DNA of 64,000 nt from Pyrinomonadaceae bacterium. Its GTDB lineage: Bacteria > Acidobacteriota > Blastocatellia > Pyrinomonadales > Pyrinomonadaceae. The stretch covers positions 125,483 through 189,482 of the forward strand of contig JBKBYA010000005.1 of the NCBI GenBank assembly GCA_046313635.1, read 5' to 3'. The notes beneath the pieces are model-generated. The model saw only the letters and a list, made by a program, of their open reading frames with translations. It did not search any database and was not told the origin of the DNA. Positions 44,701 through 52,637 of this stretch are shown piece by piece. Made by a program: the position numbers and the translations under genes. How positions within the stretch are numbered: the stretch's first letter is position 1; the number at the start of each line of letters is the position of its first letter.

Positions 44701-45066
44701 CGTGCCGCGCTGCTCGTCGGCGGGGAACTTTACCGAAACGCGCTTGCCCGTCTTTGGCGGCGGCAGCGTGCCGAGGCGCTTCGCAAATTCCGTCTTATCG
44801 TCCGGCTGTGGTGTGATCGGGACGAGGCGCCCCAAGAGGCGCGACGCGTCGGCGTCGGACAGTTTCTCCGCCGACGAGGGCTGCGGCCGCGCGACCGCGG
44901 CAGCGTCGGCCGGTCTGCCTTCGCTCAAACGAAACGTCAGGCCCGGCGGCATATCTTTCAGTCTCTGCTGCATCGTCTTTGCAATGATCTGCGCGTTCAG
45001 TCGTGCGGGGGCGAGCATGCCGGTGTAAACGGCCAAAAGGACGAAAAGGGTTATCAGCTTTCTCAT
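38713..45066 (-). CDS. Bacterial alpha-2-macroglobulin family protein (~2117 aa)
   Basis: Signal peptide, DRGMYRP, EFRRPEF, VDESVL, LPDSLTRYR, thioester YPFECTEQ, TQEN, C-terminal ATTPGRFVVPPAKAEEMY.PE.FG. Confidence 0.95.
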   Translation of the reverse strand: MRKLITLFVLLAVYTGMLAPARLNAQIIAKTMQQRLKDMPPGLTFRLSEGRPADAAAVARPQPSSAEKLSDADASRLLGRLVPITPQPDDKTEFAKRLGTLPPPKTGKRVSVKFPADEQRGTPKVDPGRALEVIRYSPAGEVELAPDLSVTFSQPMVAVTSQEHASQYAPVELTPQVEGRWRWLGTKTLMFDAAKRFPMATKFTARVPAGTRAANGQVLEKDFIWTFTTPPPKVEQMYPHDQIVRRDEIIFLSFDQAIDPQAVLRTISVSSAGRRLQTRLATEAEIAASAPVSNMSKAAQPGRWIALRAVGADGSTANALPSASTIAVTVEKGTPSAEGPLTTVAARSFAFQTYGPMKFVRGYCGYRSNKKCTPFDQWYLEFNNPVDAASFDKALVKVEPPVEGLDIYPSGNYVYLHGYKKGNRTYKVTVDGGLKDAFGQQLGQAASATIAVGPADQALYSQGGQMVVLDPSARRSYSIYTINHAAVRVQIYQVGPENWHQFHQYVRRMNYDDDTQRPQIPGRLIDNKVVTIKQIADELTETRIDLTPYLGAGGYGHLIVDVQPTVKIDRYDRSRVFTWLQSTDIGLDAFVDNEQLVGFATELKTGRPLSGVKLSIFPNGAPPRPASTPGSASWSLSGVWNWAAGSIWGSSGAATETEAVDGDGTDAEIYEVPAAQTDTTGADGILRLPLPDSSAKGQNLLIARRGGDVAFLPENSEYYWDESGDWYRRPAVDSLRWFVFDDRGMYRPKEEVAVKGYIRKITGGKFGDVAELGSQQTYDWSARDPRNNEIAKGTITTNAFGAFDLRFALPDNTNLGYARIEFTTPGSSTPSFSHTFQIQEFRRPEFEVTAKVETDGPHLVGGSAMLSVEAKYYSGGGLANADTNWTVSATPTNYTPPNRGDFTFGKWVPWWGNYYLGDFDGRYGGGVTQTYKGVTDASGRHLLKIDFDSANPPRPYTVSASASVQDVNRQTWAGRTSLLVHPSTLYVGIRTPRTFVQKGEAINVESIVSDIDGKLVAGRDVEITATLKDWQFEKGSWREVTVDEQTCSIKSADSPQNCSFVAKQGGRYTIGATVMDDRERLNQSELTVWVPGGKTPPSRNVEQETVQIIPSKKEYAPGDMAELLVIASFTPAEGVLTLRREGIVRTERFTMKDSSITLRIPIDEKYLPNIFAQVDLVGAAPRQNDKGEIDPKLASRPAYASGNINLSVSIDSRRLSVTAEPRDKTLVPGGETKVDVEVKDNRGEPVTDSEVAVVIVDESVLALSRYSVADPMGIFYSARSAGVTDHHSRADLLLGNPEDAKAQAPPPPPPPPSPAGGAINARQVSELPMKGRAVSELRADGASAAENAFVVDGQEVSGGPDTPIKQRLRFDALAVFVPSARTDANGRVTVDVKLPDSLTRYRITAVAVDSGRRFGKTESNITARQPLMVRPSAPRFMNFGDRIELPVVIQNQTDNDMTVDVAVRAMNAELAGGNPSGSEGVTATGKRVLVKANDRAEVRFPAAAMNAGTARFQIAATSGKFADAAEISLPVWTPATTEAFATYGTTDQNGAIIQPVQTPGDVFPQFGGLEVTTSSTQLQELTDAFISLYRYPFECTEQVSSRMISIAALRDVLAAFKAKDMPSEAAIKASFEKDIRILQSRQREDGSFGLWRRDRERYEYPFVSVHAAHALVLAKAKGYAVPDEMLKRSRSFLRDVEKHLQNDEWYKNSPQVRWTISAYALYVRDLAGDKDVSKVKKLLAEATGGNPSGSEGVSSANFGKMPFEALGWILSVLAKDAGSKPEVDSIVRFLMNRTTETATTANFVTDYGDAAWLIMYSNRRADGVLLESLIKADPKNDLIPKLVRGLLDHRVKGAWSNTQENVFILLALDRYFGAFEKVTPEFVTRIWLGSAYAGEQQFNGRSIDSKVIDIPMSYLVEQGGTSNLLIDRQGAGRLYYRIGMKYAPRNLKLEPADHGFTVLRSYEAVDNADDVKQNADGSWTIRSGARVRVRLTMVAPARRYHVALVDNLPAGLEILNPELAVTEAIPGDDKPITLVTTYGSRSMGRGWWRTRYWMEHQNFRDERAEAFASLLWEGVYNYSYVARATTPGRFVVPPAKAEEMYHPETFGRTGTDSVSVE
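39809..39839. repeat. REP-like 31-bp repeat, copy 1 (inside the alpha-2-macroglobulin gene)
   Basis: ACACCCTCGCTACCGCTCGGGTTTCCGCCTG; 30/31 identical to 40625-40655. Confidence 0.85.
40625..40655. repeat. REP-like 31-bp repeat, copy 2 (inside the alpha-2-macroglobulin gene)
   Basis: ACACCCTCGCTGCCGCTCGGGTTTCCGCCTG. Confidence 0.85.
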
Positions 45067-45415
45067 ATCTTGTCGGTCTCGCGATCGTGTCGTGCTGAGA
45101 GGTGCAAATTCCGCTCGGTGTTGGAACGCGTTCGCGGCAGCGGGCTTGCACCCGTCGATGCTCCGCGGCACGCTCTCCACCGACAAAGAGGCGGCCGGTG
45201 CGACGCGGTCTATCGAAGAGAGGTTCGACTGGCGAGGCTGTTTGGCGATGATCCTCGTCCGGTTCGGTGTGTGCGCAACGCGGTTCCGAGACCATCATAA
45301 CGCGGCGCGCCGGGCGGCAGGCCATGCCGTGAATTACGGAAGGAAAATGCTCGATACGCCCGAGCCGCAATGCCTTTATTCTGCGGATTTTCCTGTTATA
45401 CTGATGCCGGAATTT

Positions 45416-45442
45416 GCAACTTCCGTAAACTGCCCGTCGTTA
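45416..45442 (+). promoter_or_regulatory. Putative ECF-sigma promoter of pspA
   Basis: GCAAC-N17-CGTTA; a separate extended -10 TGTTATACT lies at 45394-45402. Confidence 0.5.
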
Positions 45443-45499
45443 AGGCATTTGCCCGATATTCGCCGGGGTTAATTCTGACTAGGAGCCGATAAAAAAGAA

Positions 45500-46273
45500 A
45501 TGGGATTGTGGGCCAGGATCATGAGGGTTTTTCGAGCGAGCACGGGTGCCGCGCTCGACAAGATCGAAAACCCTGAACTCGTCCTTCAACAGACCATCCG
45601 CGACATGCGCGACCGCGTGCCGGAACTGAACAATTCGGTCGCGCAGGTCATGGCGACCGAGCGTCTGCTGGCGAAGAATCGCGAGAATCTTGAGAAGCAG
45701 GTCGTCGAGCTCGATTCAAAGATCAAGGCCTCGGTCAAAATGGGACGCGACGACATCGCCACCGCGTACATCGGACAGCTCCAGCAGGCGCAGCTCGATC
45801 TCGAGCGCACCGCCGGCCAGCTCGAGCACGCTCAGCTCAAGTCGCAGCAGGCACTCAAGGCTCGCGACAACTACGTCCTGAACATGAAGAAGCGCACGGC
45901 CGAGGCCATGCAGCTCATCAGCGCGGCCAAGCAGGCCAAGCTCCAGGAGCAGCTCGCGCAGACGATGGAGTCATTCAACATCGGCGACGACTCGTCAACG
46001 TTTGACGAGATGCGTGACAAGATCAACCGCCGCGTCGCGGCCGCCGAGGCCAAGCTTCAATTGGGATCGTCGTCGGTAGACTCGCAGATGGCCGATATCG
46101 AGCGCGAGGCGATGGACATACAGCTCCACGACAAGCTGCTCGAATACAAGCAGCAGATGGGCATGCTCGGCACAGGTGCCGAGGCAAAGCAGATCGCGTC
46201 CGGCTCGGATGCCCAATCGTCACCAAACCAGACCGGTGCGGGCCAGCTTAACGAAGACGCACAGAATAGCTAG
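45500..46273 (+). CDS. pspA: PspA/IM30 (Vipp1-like) family protein
   Basis: Amphipathic MGLWARIMRVFRA, LDKIENPE.VL.Q.IRDM, long coiled coil; AGGAG SD. Confidence 0.9.
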   Translation: MGLWARIMRVFRASTGAALDKIENPELVLQQTIRDMRDRVPELNNSVAQVMATERLLAKNRENLEKQVVELDSKIKASVKMGRDDIATAYIGQLQQAQLDLERTAGQLEHAQLKSQQALKARDNYVLNMKKRTAEAMQLISAAKQAKLQEQLAQTMESFNIGDDSSTFDEMRDKINRRVAAAEAKLQLGSSSVDSQMADIEREAMDIQLHDKLLEYKQQMGMLGTGAEAKQIASGSDAQSSPNQTGAGQLNEDAQNS

Positions 46274-46329
46274 CGACACGCGGCGGTATTTTTCGAACGC
46301 GGCCCGACACTTCAGCATCTAGACCGTTT

Positions 46330-47184
46330 ATGGCGGATTTGGCAAAGTACCAGCAGGACATCCAGAAGTTCAATTCCAGCTATGCAAAAGAGGCTTTGAA
46401 GGAGCCTTTTAATTTTTGGGGTCTCGCGGGCTTTGCGGTCGCCGCGGCTTATACGGCCAGCGTCATCCCGCTCTTGATAGCACTCATCTGCGAGGTGATC
46501 TACCTTTTGGTCGTTCCCAACCTTCCGGTCTACAGGCATCACGTCATCGAGCGCGAAAAGGCGCGGCTCCGCGAGCTGCACCGCGCGTCGCGTGAGAAGC
46601 TGATCAAGTCTTTCACGCCCCGCGAACGCGAGGCGGTCGAGTACCTTCGCTGGCTCAAGGACAAGATCCAGGACAATTACAAAAAGTTCACGGGTGCACG
46701 GGAGCTGCCCGGGAATCTGCGTGCGCTCGACCAGCGTTGGGAGGATTTCGTCGACCTTCTCGACGTCTATCGCCGCCGCAAGCAGCACTTGAAATCGATC
46801 AACCGGCAGGCCGTTCACAACCAACTCTCGCAGGCATACCGCGCGGCCGAGTCGGCGACCGACGAAAAGACACGCCGCATCCAGCAGACAAACGTCGAGA
46901 TACTCAAGCGACGGATCGCGTCGTTTGACGAGATCGAGCGGAGCGTCAAGCTCGTCGAGGGCCAGCTGCAGTCGATCGAGAATTTCTTCAGCTATCTCAA
47001 CGACGAGATCGTGACAATGTCGACGCCGGAGAAATTCTCGCTGCTCGACTTTGAGCAGCTCTCGGATTCGATCGCGATGACCAAGCAGATGCTCGACGCG
47101 ACCGCCGACTCGGTCGGCCAGCTCGACGCTTACAACCGCGAGATGGGCAATTACGAACTCCTGCCGGAAGGAAACAGATCTTAG
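46330..47184 (+). CDS. Hypothetical membrane protein (N-terminal hydrophobic hairpin, helical/coiled-coil body)
   Basis: 284-aa ORF co-oriented 56 bp after pspA, typical codon usage. Confidence 0.8.
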   Translation: MADLAKYQQDIQKFNSSYAKEALKEPFNFWGLAGFAVAAAYTASVIPLLIALICEVIYLLVVPNLPVYRHHVIEREKARLRELHRASREKLIKSFTPREREAVEYLRWLKDKIQDNYKKFTGARELPGNLRALDQRWEDFVDLLDVYRRRKQHLKSINRQAVHNQLSQAYRAAESATDEKTRRIQQTNVEILKRRIASFDEIERSVKLVEGQLQSIENFFSYLNDEIVTMSTPEKFSLLDFEQLSDSIAMTKQMLDATADSVGQLDAYNREMGNYELLPEGNRS

Positions 47185-47212
47185 TAAAAACGAAGTAGGT
47201 CGAGCGAGTTCG

Positions 47213-47357
47213 GGCTCTGCCCGTCTATTTGCGGAAAAGCTCCGCTTTTCCGTCGAGCCATCCCGACCCTCGCCTCCCGCGGCGGCCTAGCCGCCGAAGT
47301 TTTAATGGCACCTTTCGGAAAAGCAGAGCTTTTTCCGCAAATAGGGCGGCGGAGCCG
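47213..47357. repeat. REP-doublet (REPIN-like) inverted repeat element
   Basis: About 40-bp imperfect inverted arms (47213-47252 and 47316-47357), each with an internal palindrome CGGAAAAGC...GCTTTT(T)CCG. Confidence 0.75.
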
Positions 47358-47371
47358 CAGGACGCAAAAAC

Positions 47372-47405
47372 AAAAGCGGCCGCCATTTTCGGCGGCCGTT
47401 TTTTT
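47372..47405. terminator. Bidirectional intrinsic terminator
   Basis: AAAAGCGGCCGCC-attttc-GGCGGCCGTTTTTTT. Confidence 0.75.
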
Positions 47406-48690
47406 ATCTCTCAAATCCGTCCATCTCCAGCATCGAGCTCGCCTCAACTGCCGACGAACTTTCTTCGAGCACGATCTCTGGCTCCAGCGGCGGCGGCGCT
47501 CCGTCGAGGTCGCTGATCGCGAGCGCGAGATTGTTTGCGTTCGTCGAGTAGGCGAGGCCGACGTCGCGTGTGATGCGGCCGTCGCGGATCATCCGCTCGA
47601 GCACCTTGTCAAAGGTCTGCATTCCCTCCATCTCGCCGTCGTTCATCGCGTCGGTGATCGAGCGGCCTTCCTTTTCGCCCTTCTCGATGTACTCGCGCGT
47701 TCGCGAATTTGAGACGAGTATCTCGATCGCTGCGATGCGCCCGCCGCCGACCTTCGGCATCAGACGCTGCGAGATGATGCGTCGGAAGGACTGTGACAGA
47801 CGAGTACGAATGGCCGCCTCCTCGATCTTTGGAAACACGCCGATGATGCGGTCGATCGTCTTCGCCGCGTCGATCGTGTGCAGGGTCGACAGGACGAGGT
47901 GGCCCGTCTCGGCCGCTTCCATCGCGACCTCGATCGTCTCGCGGTCGCGCATCTCACCGACGAGGATCACCTTCGGCGCCTGTCTTAGAGCGGCGCGCAG
48001 CGCAAGCGCAAAGTCGGGCGTATCGCTGTGCAGCTCGCGCTGGTGGACGGTGCTGAGCTTGTGCTCGTGAATGAACTCGATCGGGTCCTCGATCGTGACG
48101 ATGTGGTACTTCTTTGTCGAATTGATGAGGTCGATGATGGCGGCCAGCGTCGTCGATTTGCCCGAGCCGGTCGGGCCGGTAACGAGGACCAGACCGTTCT
48201 TAAGCTCGGCGACATTCCGGACGGCCAGGGGCAGATCGAGGTCTTGCCAGTTTGGCGGCTTTGTCGGGATGACGCGCATCACGATCGCGTACGAGCCGCG
48301 CTGTCTGAAGATGTTGACGCGAAACCGGCCGATGCCGCTGCAGCTGTACGAGATGTCGGCCGAGCCCTTTTTGTCGAGGGTCTCGATGCCCTGAGCGTTG
48401 CCGTGCAGCATCACGTCGGCCATCATTTTGATCTGTGCCGGCCGGAGCGATTCAAAGCCCGCGATCGCCACGCCGTGCAGGTCGCCGGTCAGCTCTACCT
48501 GCGGCGGCCGCCCGGGCGAAAAGATGAGGTCGCTGACGCCCGATCCGGCGGCGAGCATTTTTGCAAGCATCTCGTGAAATACCGTCTGGTCCACGGCTGC
48601 GACGTCCGGCGACCAGCCGCGATCGACGCGGTCGTCACGTTCGCATTTCGCGCTCGTCCCGGAGCCCGGGATCTCTAATTCGTCCATCAT
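47404..48690 (-). CDS. pilT: PilT/PilU family type IV pilus retraction ATPase
   Basis: RFRVNIFRQ, GPTGSGKSTT, TIEDPIEF, ALRQAP, GEMRD, ETGHLVLSTLHT, AIR, GMQTFD. Confidence 0.9.
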   Translation of the reverse strand: MMDELEIPGSGTSAKCERDDRVDRGWSPDVAAVDQTVFHEMLAKMLAAGSGVSDLIFSPGRPPQVELTGDLHGVAIAGFESLRPAQIKMMADVMLHGNAQGIETLDKKGSADISYSCSGIGRFRVNIFRQRGSYAIVMRVIPTKPPNWQDLDLPLAVRNVAELKNGLVLVTGPTGSGKSTTLAAIIDLINSTKKYHIVTIEDPIEFIHEHKLSTVHQRELHSDTPDFALALRAALRQAPKVILVGEMRDRETIEVAMEAAETGHLVLSTLHTIDAAKTIDRIIGVFPKIEEAAIRTRLSQSFRRIISQRLMPKVGGGRIAAIEILVSNSRTREYIEKGEKEGRSITDAMNDGEMEGMQTFDKVLERMIRDGRITRDVGLAYSTNANNLALAISDLDGAPPPLEPEIVLEESSSAVEASSMLEMDGFER

Positions 48691-48940
48691 TGATATAGAT
48701 CTGTGAAGCTGGATAACGGGGTGCCGAAAAAAGAAGCGGCCGCTGAAAAAAGGGCCGGCATCAATCTTACAATTCCATTCGGCCGAGGCGCAACGCAATT
48801 CTTCAGGTTTGTTCGTCCAGCGGTCGATAGAATAAAATCTTCGTTTTCACAGATCGGCCGCGACCTTCGCAGACACGACAGGACGAGCGCCGCGGCCGCG
48901 GATCGACAAGGTTTTTATCACAAAGACAGAATATTTTTTT

Positions 48941-50008
48941 ATGAAAAGAGTAGGAATCCTGGCGGGACGTGAGATCACGTTTCCCGAATCGATCATAAAC
49001 AGCATTAACGAGCGCGGCGGCGGAAAGGTGGTCGCAGAGATGATCAAGGTGGGCGGCATCCGTCTGGACGAGCCAAAGCGTTACGACGTCATCGTCGACC
49101 GCATCTCGCACGAGGTGCCGTACTACCGCGCGATGCTCAAGCGGATGGCGCTCGAGGGAACGTACGTCATCAACAACCCGTTCTGGTGGTCGGCCGACGA
49201 CAAATTCTTCAATTACTGTCTCGCCGCAAAGCTCGGCGTCGCGATCCCTAAGACCGTTCTGCTGCCGCAGCATTCGTACATCGAGGCGATCTCGAGCGAA
49301 TCGCTGCGCAATCTGGAATTCCCGATCGACTGGCAGGGCATCGTCGAGTACGTCGGCTTCCCCGCTTTTCTAAAGCCCTTTGACGGCGGCGGCTGGAAGA
49401 ACGTCTCAAAGATCAGCTCGCTCGAGCAGCTCTGGTACGAGTACAACCAGACGGGAACGCTCTGCATGGTGCTGCAGGAGGGCATCGAATACGATCAGTT
49501 CGTCCGCTGCTACGGCGTCGGGAAAGAGAAAGTGCTGGTGATGCCGTACGACCCGTCTAAGCCGTATCTCTCGGGCGAGCAGTACGTCGATGTTGACGGC
49601 TATCTCTCGCCGGAGCTGCAGGCCCGCGTCGAGCGAGACGTCAACATCATCAACAACGCTCTGGGCTACGATCTCAACACGGTCGAATTTGCGATCAAGG
49701 ACGGCGTCCCGTACGCGATCGATTTTATGAATCCGGCCCCGGACGCAGAGCTCGCCTCGGTCGGCGAACGGAATCACCGCTGGATCGTCGACGCAATGAC
49801 GGAATTGATCTTCAGGAAACTTGAAGAGGGGCTCACCGTGCCCGAATACCGCTGGTCGGCGATGCTGAGCGGGCAGTCGTCGCCCCAAGCGCGGGACGCC
49901 GCCGACCGCTCGACCGCGGCTGCCAAGGCGAGACAAAAGAATTCAAAGTCAAAGTCGGAGGCCAGGCCGACAAAGCCGGGCAAGGCCGCTGGAAAGTCGG
50001 CGAAATAA
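48941..50008 (+). CDS. RimK-like ATP-grasp protein
   Basis: DRISHE, INNPF...DDKF, LKPFDGGGW, LQE, VEFA...IDFMNP. Confidence 0.85.
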   Translation: MKRVGILAGREITFPESIINSINERGGGKVVAEMIKVGGIRLDEPKRYDVIVDRISHEVPYYRAMLKRMALEGTYVINNPFWWSADDKFFNYCLAAKLGVAIPKTVLLPQHSYIEAISSESLRNLEFPIDWQGIVEYVGFPAFLKPFDGGGWKNVSKISSLEQLWYEYNQTGTLCMVLQEGIEYDQFVRCYGVGKEKVLVMPYDPSKPYLSGEQYVDVDGYLSPELQARVERDVNIINNALGYDLNTVEFAIKDGVPYAIDFMNPAPDAELASVGERNHRWIVDAMTELIFRKLEEGLTVPEYRWSAMLSGQSSPQARDAADRSTAAAKARQKNSKSKSEARPTKPGKAAGKSAK

Positions 50009-50060
50009 TGTTAATGGAGCATTCTGCGGGCCCGTCCGTTTCGGCGGTCGGGCCCGCATT

Positions 50061-51461
50061 TTATTTGTTTTGTTCGACGATGTGATACGGGATGCGCTCG
50101 ACAAAGAATCGCGAAAGCACCGACAGGCCCGCGGAAGCGACAAAGGCGACGCCTGAAACGGCCCACCCGATATTCGCGATGAGATGATCGCCGACCGCGA
50201 TGCCGAAGGCGATCACGGGCAGGCCCCAGAGCCCGAGCCGGAAAGAGGCCCGCGAAGCGCGCGTAAGCGAATTGAGCAGGTTCAGCCTGCCGATCTCGAC
50301 ATCCATATACTCATCGCTCTCGTGCAGACGGGCAAGATACTCGGCCTCCTCGGCCGACCATCGCCGCAGGCGCGGGTGATCGGCGCTCCTGCTCGCGGCG
50401 CTGAAATTGAGCACCGCGTGCGCGAGTCTGCCCTGATAGAGCGCGATCTCGCCGAGGCCCTTAAGGGCACGAAAGCTGGTCTCGACCAGAGAAAGTACTT
50501 TGTTGTAAGTCTGTGCGGCTCGTTCGGGATCACCGGCACGAAAGTACGTGTCGGCGAGATCCTCGAGCAGGCGCGGCTCGTTCATTGCCCGGCGTTCGGC
50601 GAGCCGCAGCATCGCCATCGAGCGACGCCGCAGCCGCTTGTCATTGGTCGCGGCCGAGAGCTCCTCGAGGCAGCGGCCAAAGTCGAGCAGCAGACGCGCG
50701 TCGTACGGGTCGATCCTCAAAGCCCTTCGAAAGGCTTCGGCTGCCTGAACGAACCGACCGGCGATGCGTAGTCTGTTGCCTGCCGTCCGCAGACTTGACG
50801 CCTTTGCCGACGACTCGATGCCCGGCGCCTGATCGGGGCGATGCGCACGGCCCGTCCAGTTTCGGCTCGTGCGGTCCGGGTTGAGCGAACCCTCAAGGAT
50901 CTCGGTCGACGGTATCTCGGCATTCGCCGCGACGGCTTCGACCTCGACACGCTCGCAGAGGTAATCCCTCAACTCGACAGATCGACCGTCGAGGATCGCT
51001 TCCGGCAGCCGGACGAGTATCGAACGGATCATTTCGATATGGCCCCGCACCGATGTGTCGAGAGCGATCTCAAGCCCGCGCCCCCTGAAAACGACCCGTT
51101 GATGAAAACTGTAATTGCCGCCCCGCTTGATCGTCCGTCGGACGTAAGATTCAACGACGTCTACCGATCTTAGCCCGATGCCCTGCGGCAGGCCGAACAG
51201 CATGCTCCGAACGCGCCAATAGACGCCCCGGCGGATGATCCGGCGGCCGTCAAAGACGATGAGGTCCCGAAGCCCGGCTATGATCACCGCAGCGGCGAGC
51301 AATATCAGGACGGACGGGACAAACGCGCTCAAGCCGGCATACAGCGCCAGCAGTGCGAAAAAGAGGATCAAGAGAGCGGCCCAGACATACGATTCGGCGG
51401 GCGACCTCACCACGGCCTTCGTTCCCTTTGCCCCAGATCTCGATCCGCTCATGTCCGCCAT
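50061..51461 (-). CDS. TPR-containing membrane protein
   Basis: TM pairs at both ends; TPR helices (AAEAFRRALRIDP, AAQTYNKVL). Confidence 0.72.
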   Translation of the reverse strand: MADMSGSRSGAKGTKAVVRSPAESYVWAALLILFFALLALYAGLSAFVPSVLILLAAAVIIAGLRDLIVFDGRRIIRRGVYWRVRSMLFGLPQGIGLRSVDVVESYVRRTIKRGGNYSFHQRVVFRGRGLEIALDTSVRGHIEMIRSILVRLPEAILDGRSVELRDYLCERVEVEAVAANAEIPSTEILEGSLNPDRTSRNWTGRAHRPDQAPGIESSAKASSLRTAGNRLRIAGRFVQAAEAFRRALRIDPYDARLLLDFGRCLEELSAATNDKRLRRRSMAMLRLAERRAMNEPRLLEDLADTYFRAGDPERAAQTYNKVLSLVETSFRALKGLGEIALYQGRLAHAVLNFSAASRSADHPRLRRWSAEEAEYLARLHESDEYMDVEIGRLNLLNSLTRASRASFRLGLWGLPVIAFGIAVGDHLIANIGWAVSGVAFVASAGLSVLSRFFVERIPYHIVEQNK

Positions 51462-51542
51462 AGGATCACGACCCCGATCGGCCGCCGTCTGTACTCTTTC
51501 AGACGACCGATCGGGGTCTGTTCTTCAATTTGATATTTCGAG

Positions 51543-52388
51543 CTAACCGCCGAAAGGGCTGACCGGCGCGGGTTCCTGTATCTGGCCTGCCCGCTGCGGG
51601 TCGAGCTTTTCAAGTTTTTCCTTTGCCGACCTCGCCGTCTCGGTCATCGGTACGGGCTTGCCCTCGGAGTCTTTAGCTTCGCTGGCGGTCTTTGCGATGC
51701 TGAAATAGATGTCGGCCGCCTCCTGAGTCTTGCCCTGCTTTTCGTATATGCCGGCGAGTTCAAAATCGACAGTTTCTTTCGGGATCACGGGGGCGCTCAC
51801 GGCCGATAGTTCCTGATAGTACTTAATTGCCTCTTCAAACTTCCCGTCGCCGGCGTATGCCTGCGCAAGAGCATATTTCGAGAGATCGCCGACCGGGCCG
51901 CCCGACCCCTTGAGGGCTTCGAGTTCCGCGATGCCGGCGGGCCGGTCGATCAAAAGCCTGGTGACGGCGGCGAAGTACCTGGCCTTTTCGCCGACGCTGC
52001 CGCCAAACTTCTCTGCAACCGACTGAAATTCGGCTATCGCGGCCTCGGCCCGTTCGCGCTCGGACTTAAAGACCTTTTCGGTCGAGCCCGCCGGCGCTCC
52101 GGCCTCCGAGATCCGGGCCCGCGACGTCTCGATCGCCTTGCCGAGCGCGGTCTGAGCGGTCGCATTCGAACGCTTGTTCCATAAACCGACGACACCGATC
52201 AGCACGGCGACAACGGCCAAGGCAGCCAGACCGTACAAGATCGTCCTGCCCTTGCCCTCAAGAGCCTTTGACGCGCCCTCGATGCGGCGGCTGACGGTCT
52301 GTTGAAAACGGTCCTCGTAGCGAACTGCCTCTTTGGGTTTGCCGGCGTCGGCCTCGACGGGCTGAAATCTTCGTTTTTTGGTTGCCAT
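51543..52388 (-). CDS. YfgM-like single-TM TPR protein
   Basis: Charged N-terminus, one TM, TPR helices (AIAEFQSV, AIKYYQEL, LAGIYEKQG). Confidence 0.75.
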   Translation of the reverse strand: MATKKRRFQPVEADAGKPKEAVRYEDRFQQTVSRRIEGASKALEGKGRTILYGLAALAVVAVLIGVVGLWNKRSNATAQTALGKAIETSRARISEAGAPAGSTEKVFKSERERAEAAIAEFQSVAEKFGGSVGEKARYFAAVTRLLIDRPAGIAELEALKGSGGPVGDLSKYALAQAYAGDGKFEEAIKYYQELSAVSAPVIPKETVDFELAGIYEKQGKTQEAADIYFSIAKTASEAKDSEGKPVPMTETARSAKEKLEKLDPQRAGQIQEPAPVSPFGG

Positions 52389-52637
52389 TATTGAAATAAC
52401 TGCAAAGCAGGAATGAACCGCGTTATATAATTGCCCGAGAGGGCCGCCGTTCAAAAGTGTTAATTTAACCGATACGCGACGAGATGAGCAAACGGTTCGG
52501 GGCAAAAAGGGCGGCGGAAAATATTTACTTCACCGGCGGGAACAAATAGGGGTCGGCAGGTTTCAATATTTGCGTCCGCCGGGCCGACGCGGACGCTCTG
52601 GCTCACAAGCCGCCGCGAGAGTAGCAGGGACAAACGA

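Noticed and set aside
39970..45300. 1049-aa and 517-aa + strand ORFs
   Set aside because: Antisense shadows of the alpha-2-macroglobulin gene.
45067..45400. Long intergenic region between A2M and pspA
   Set aside because: No convincing ORF, repeat or stable structure seen beyond promoter-like motifs.
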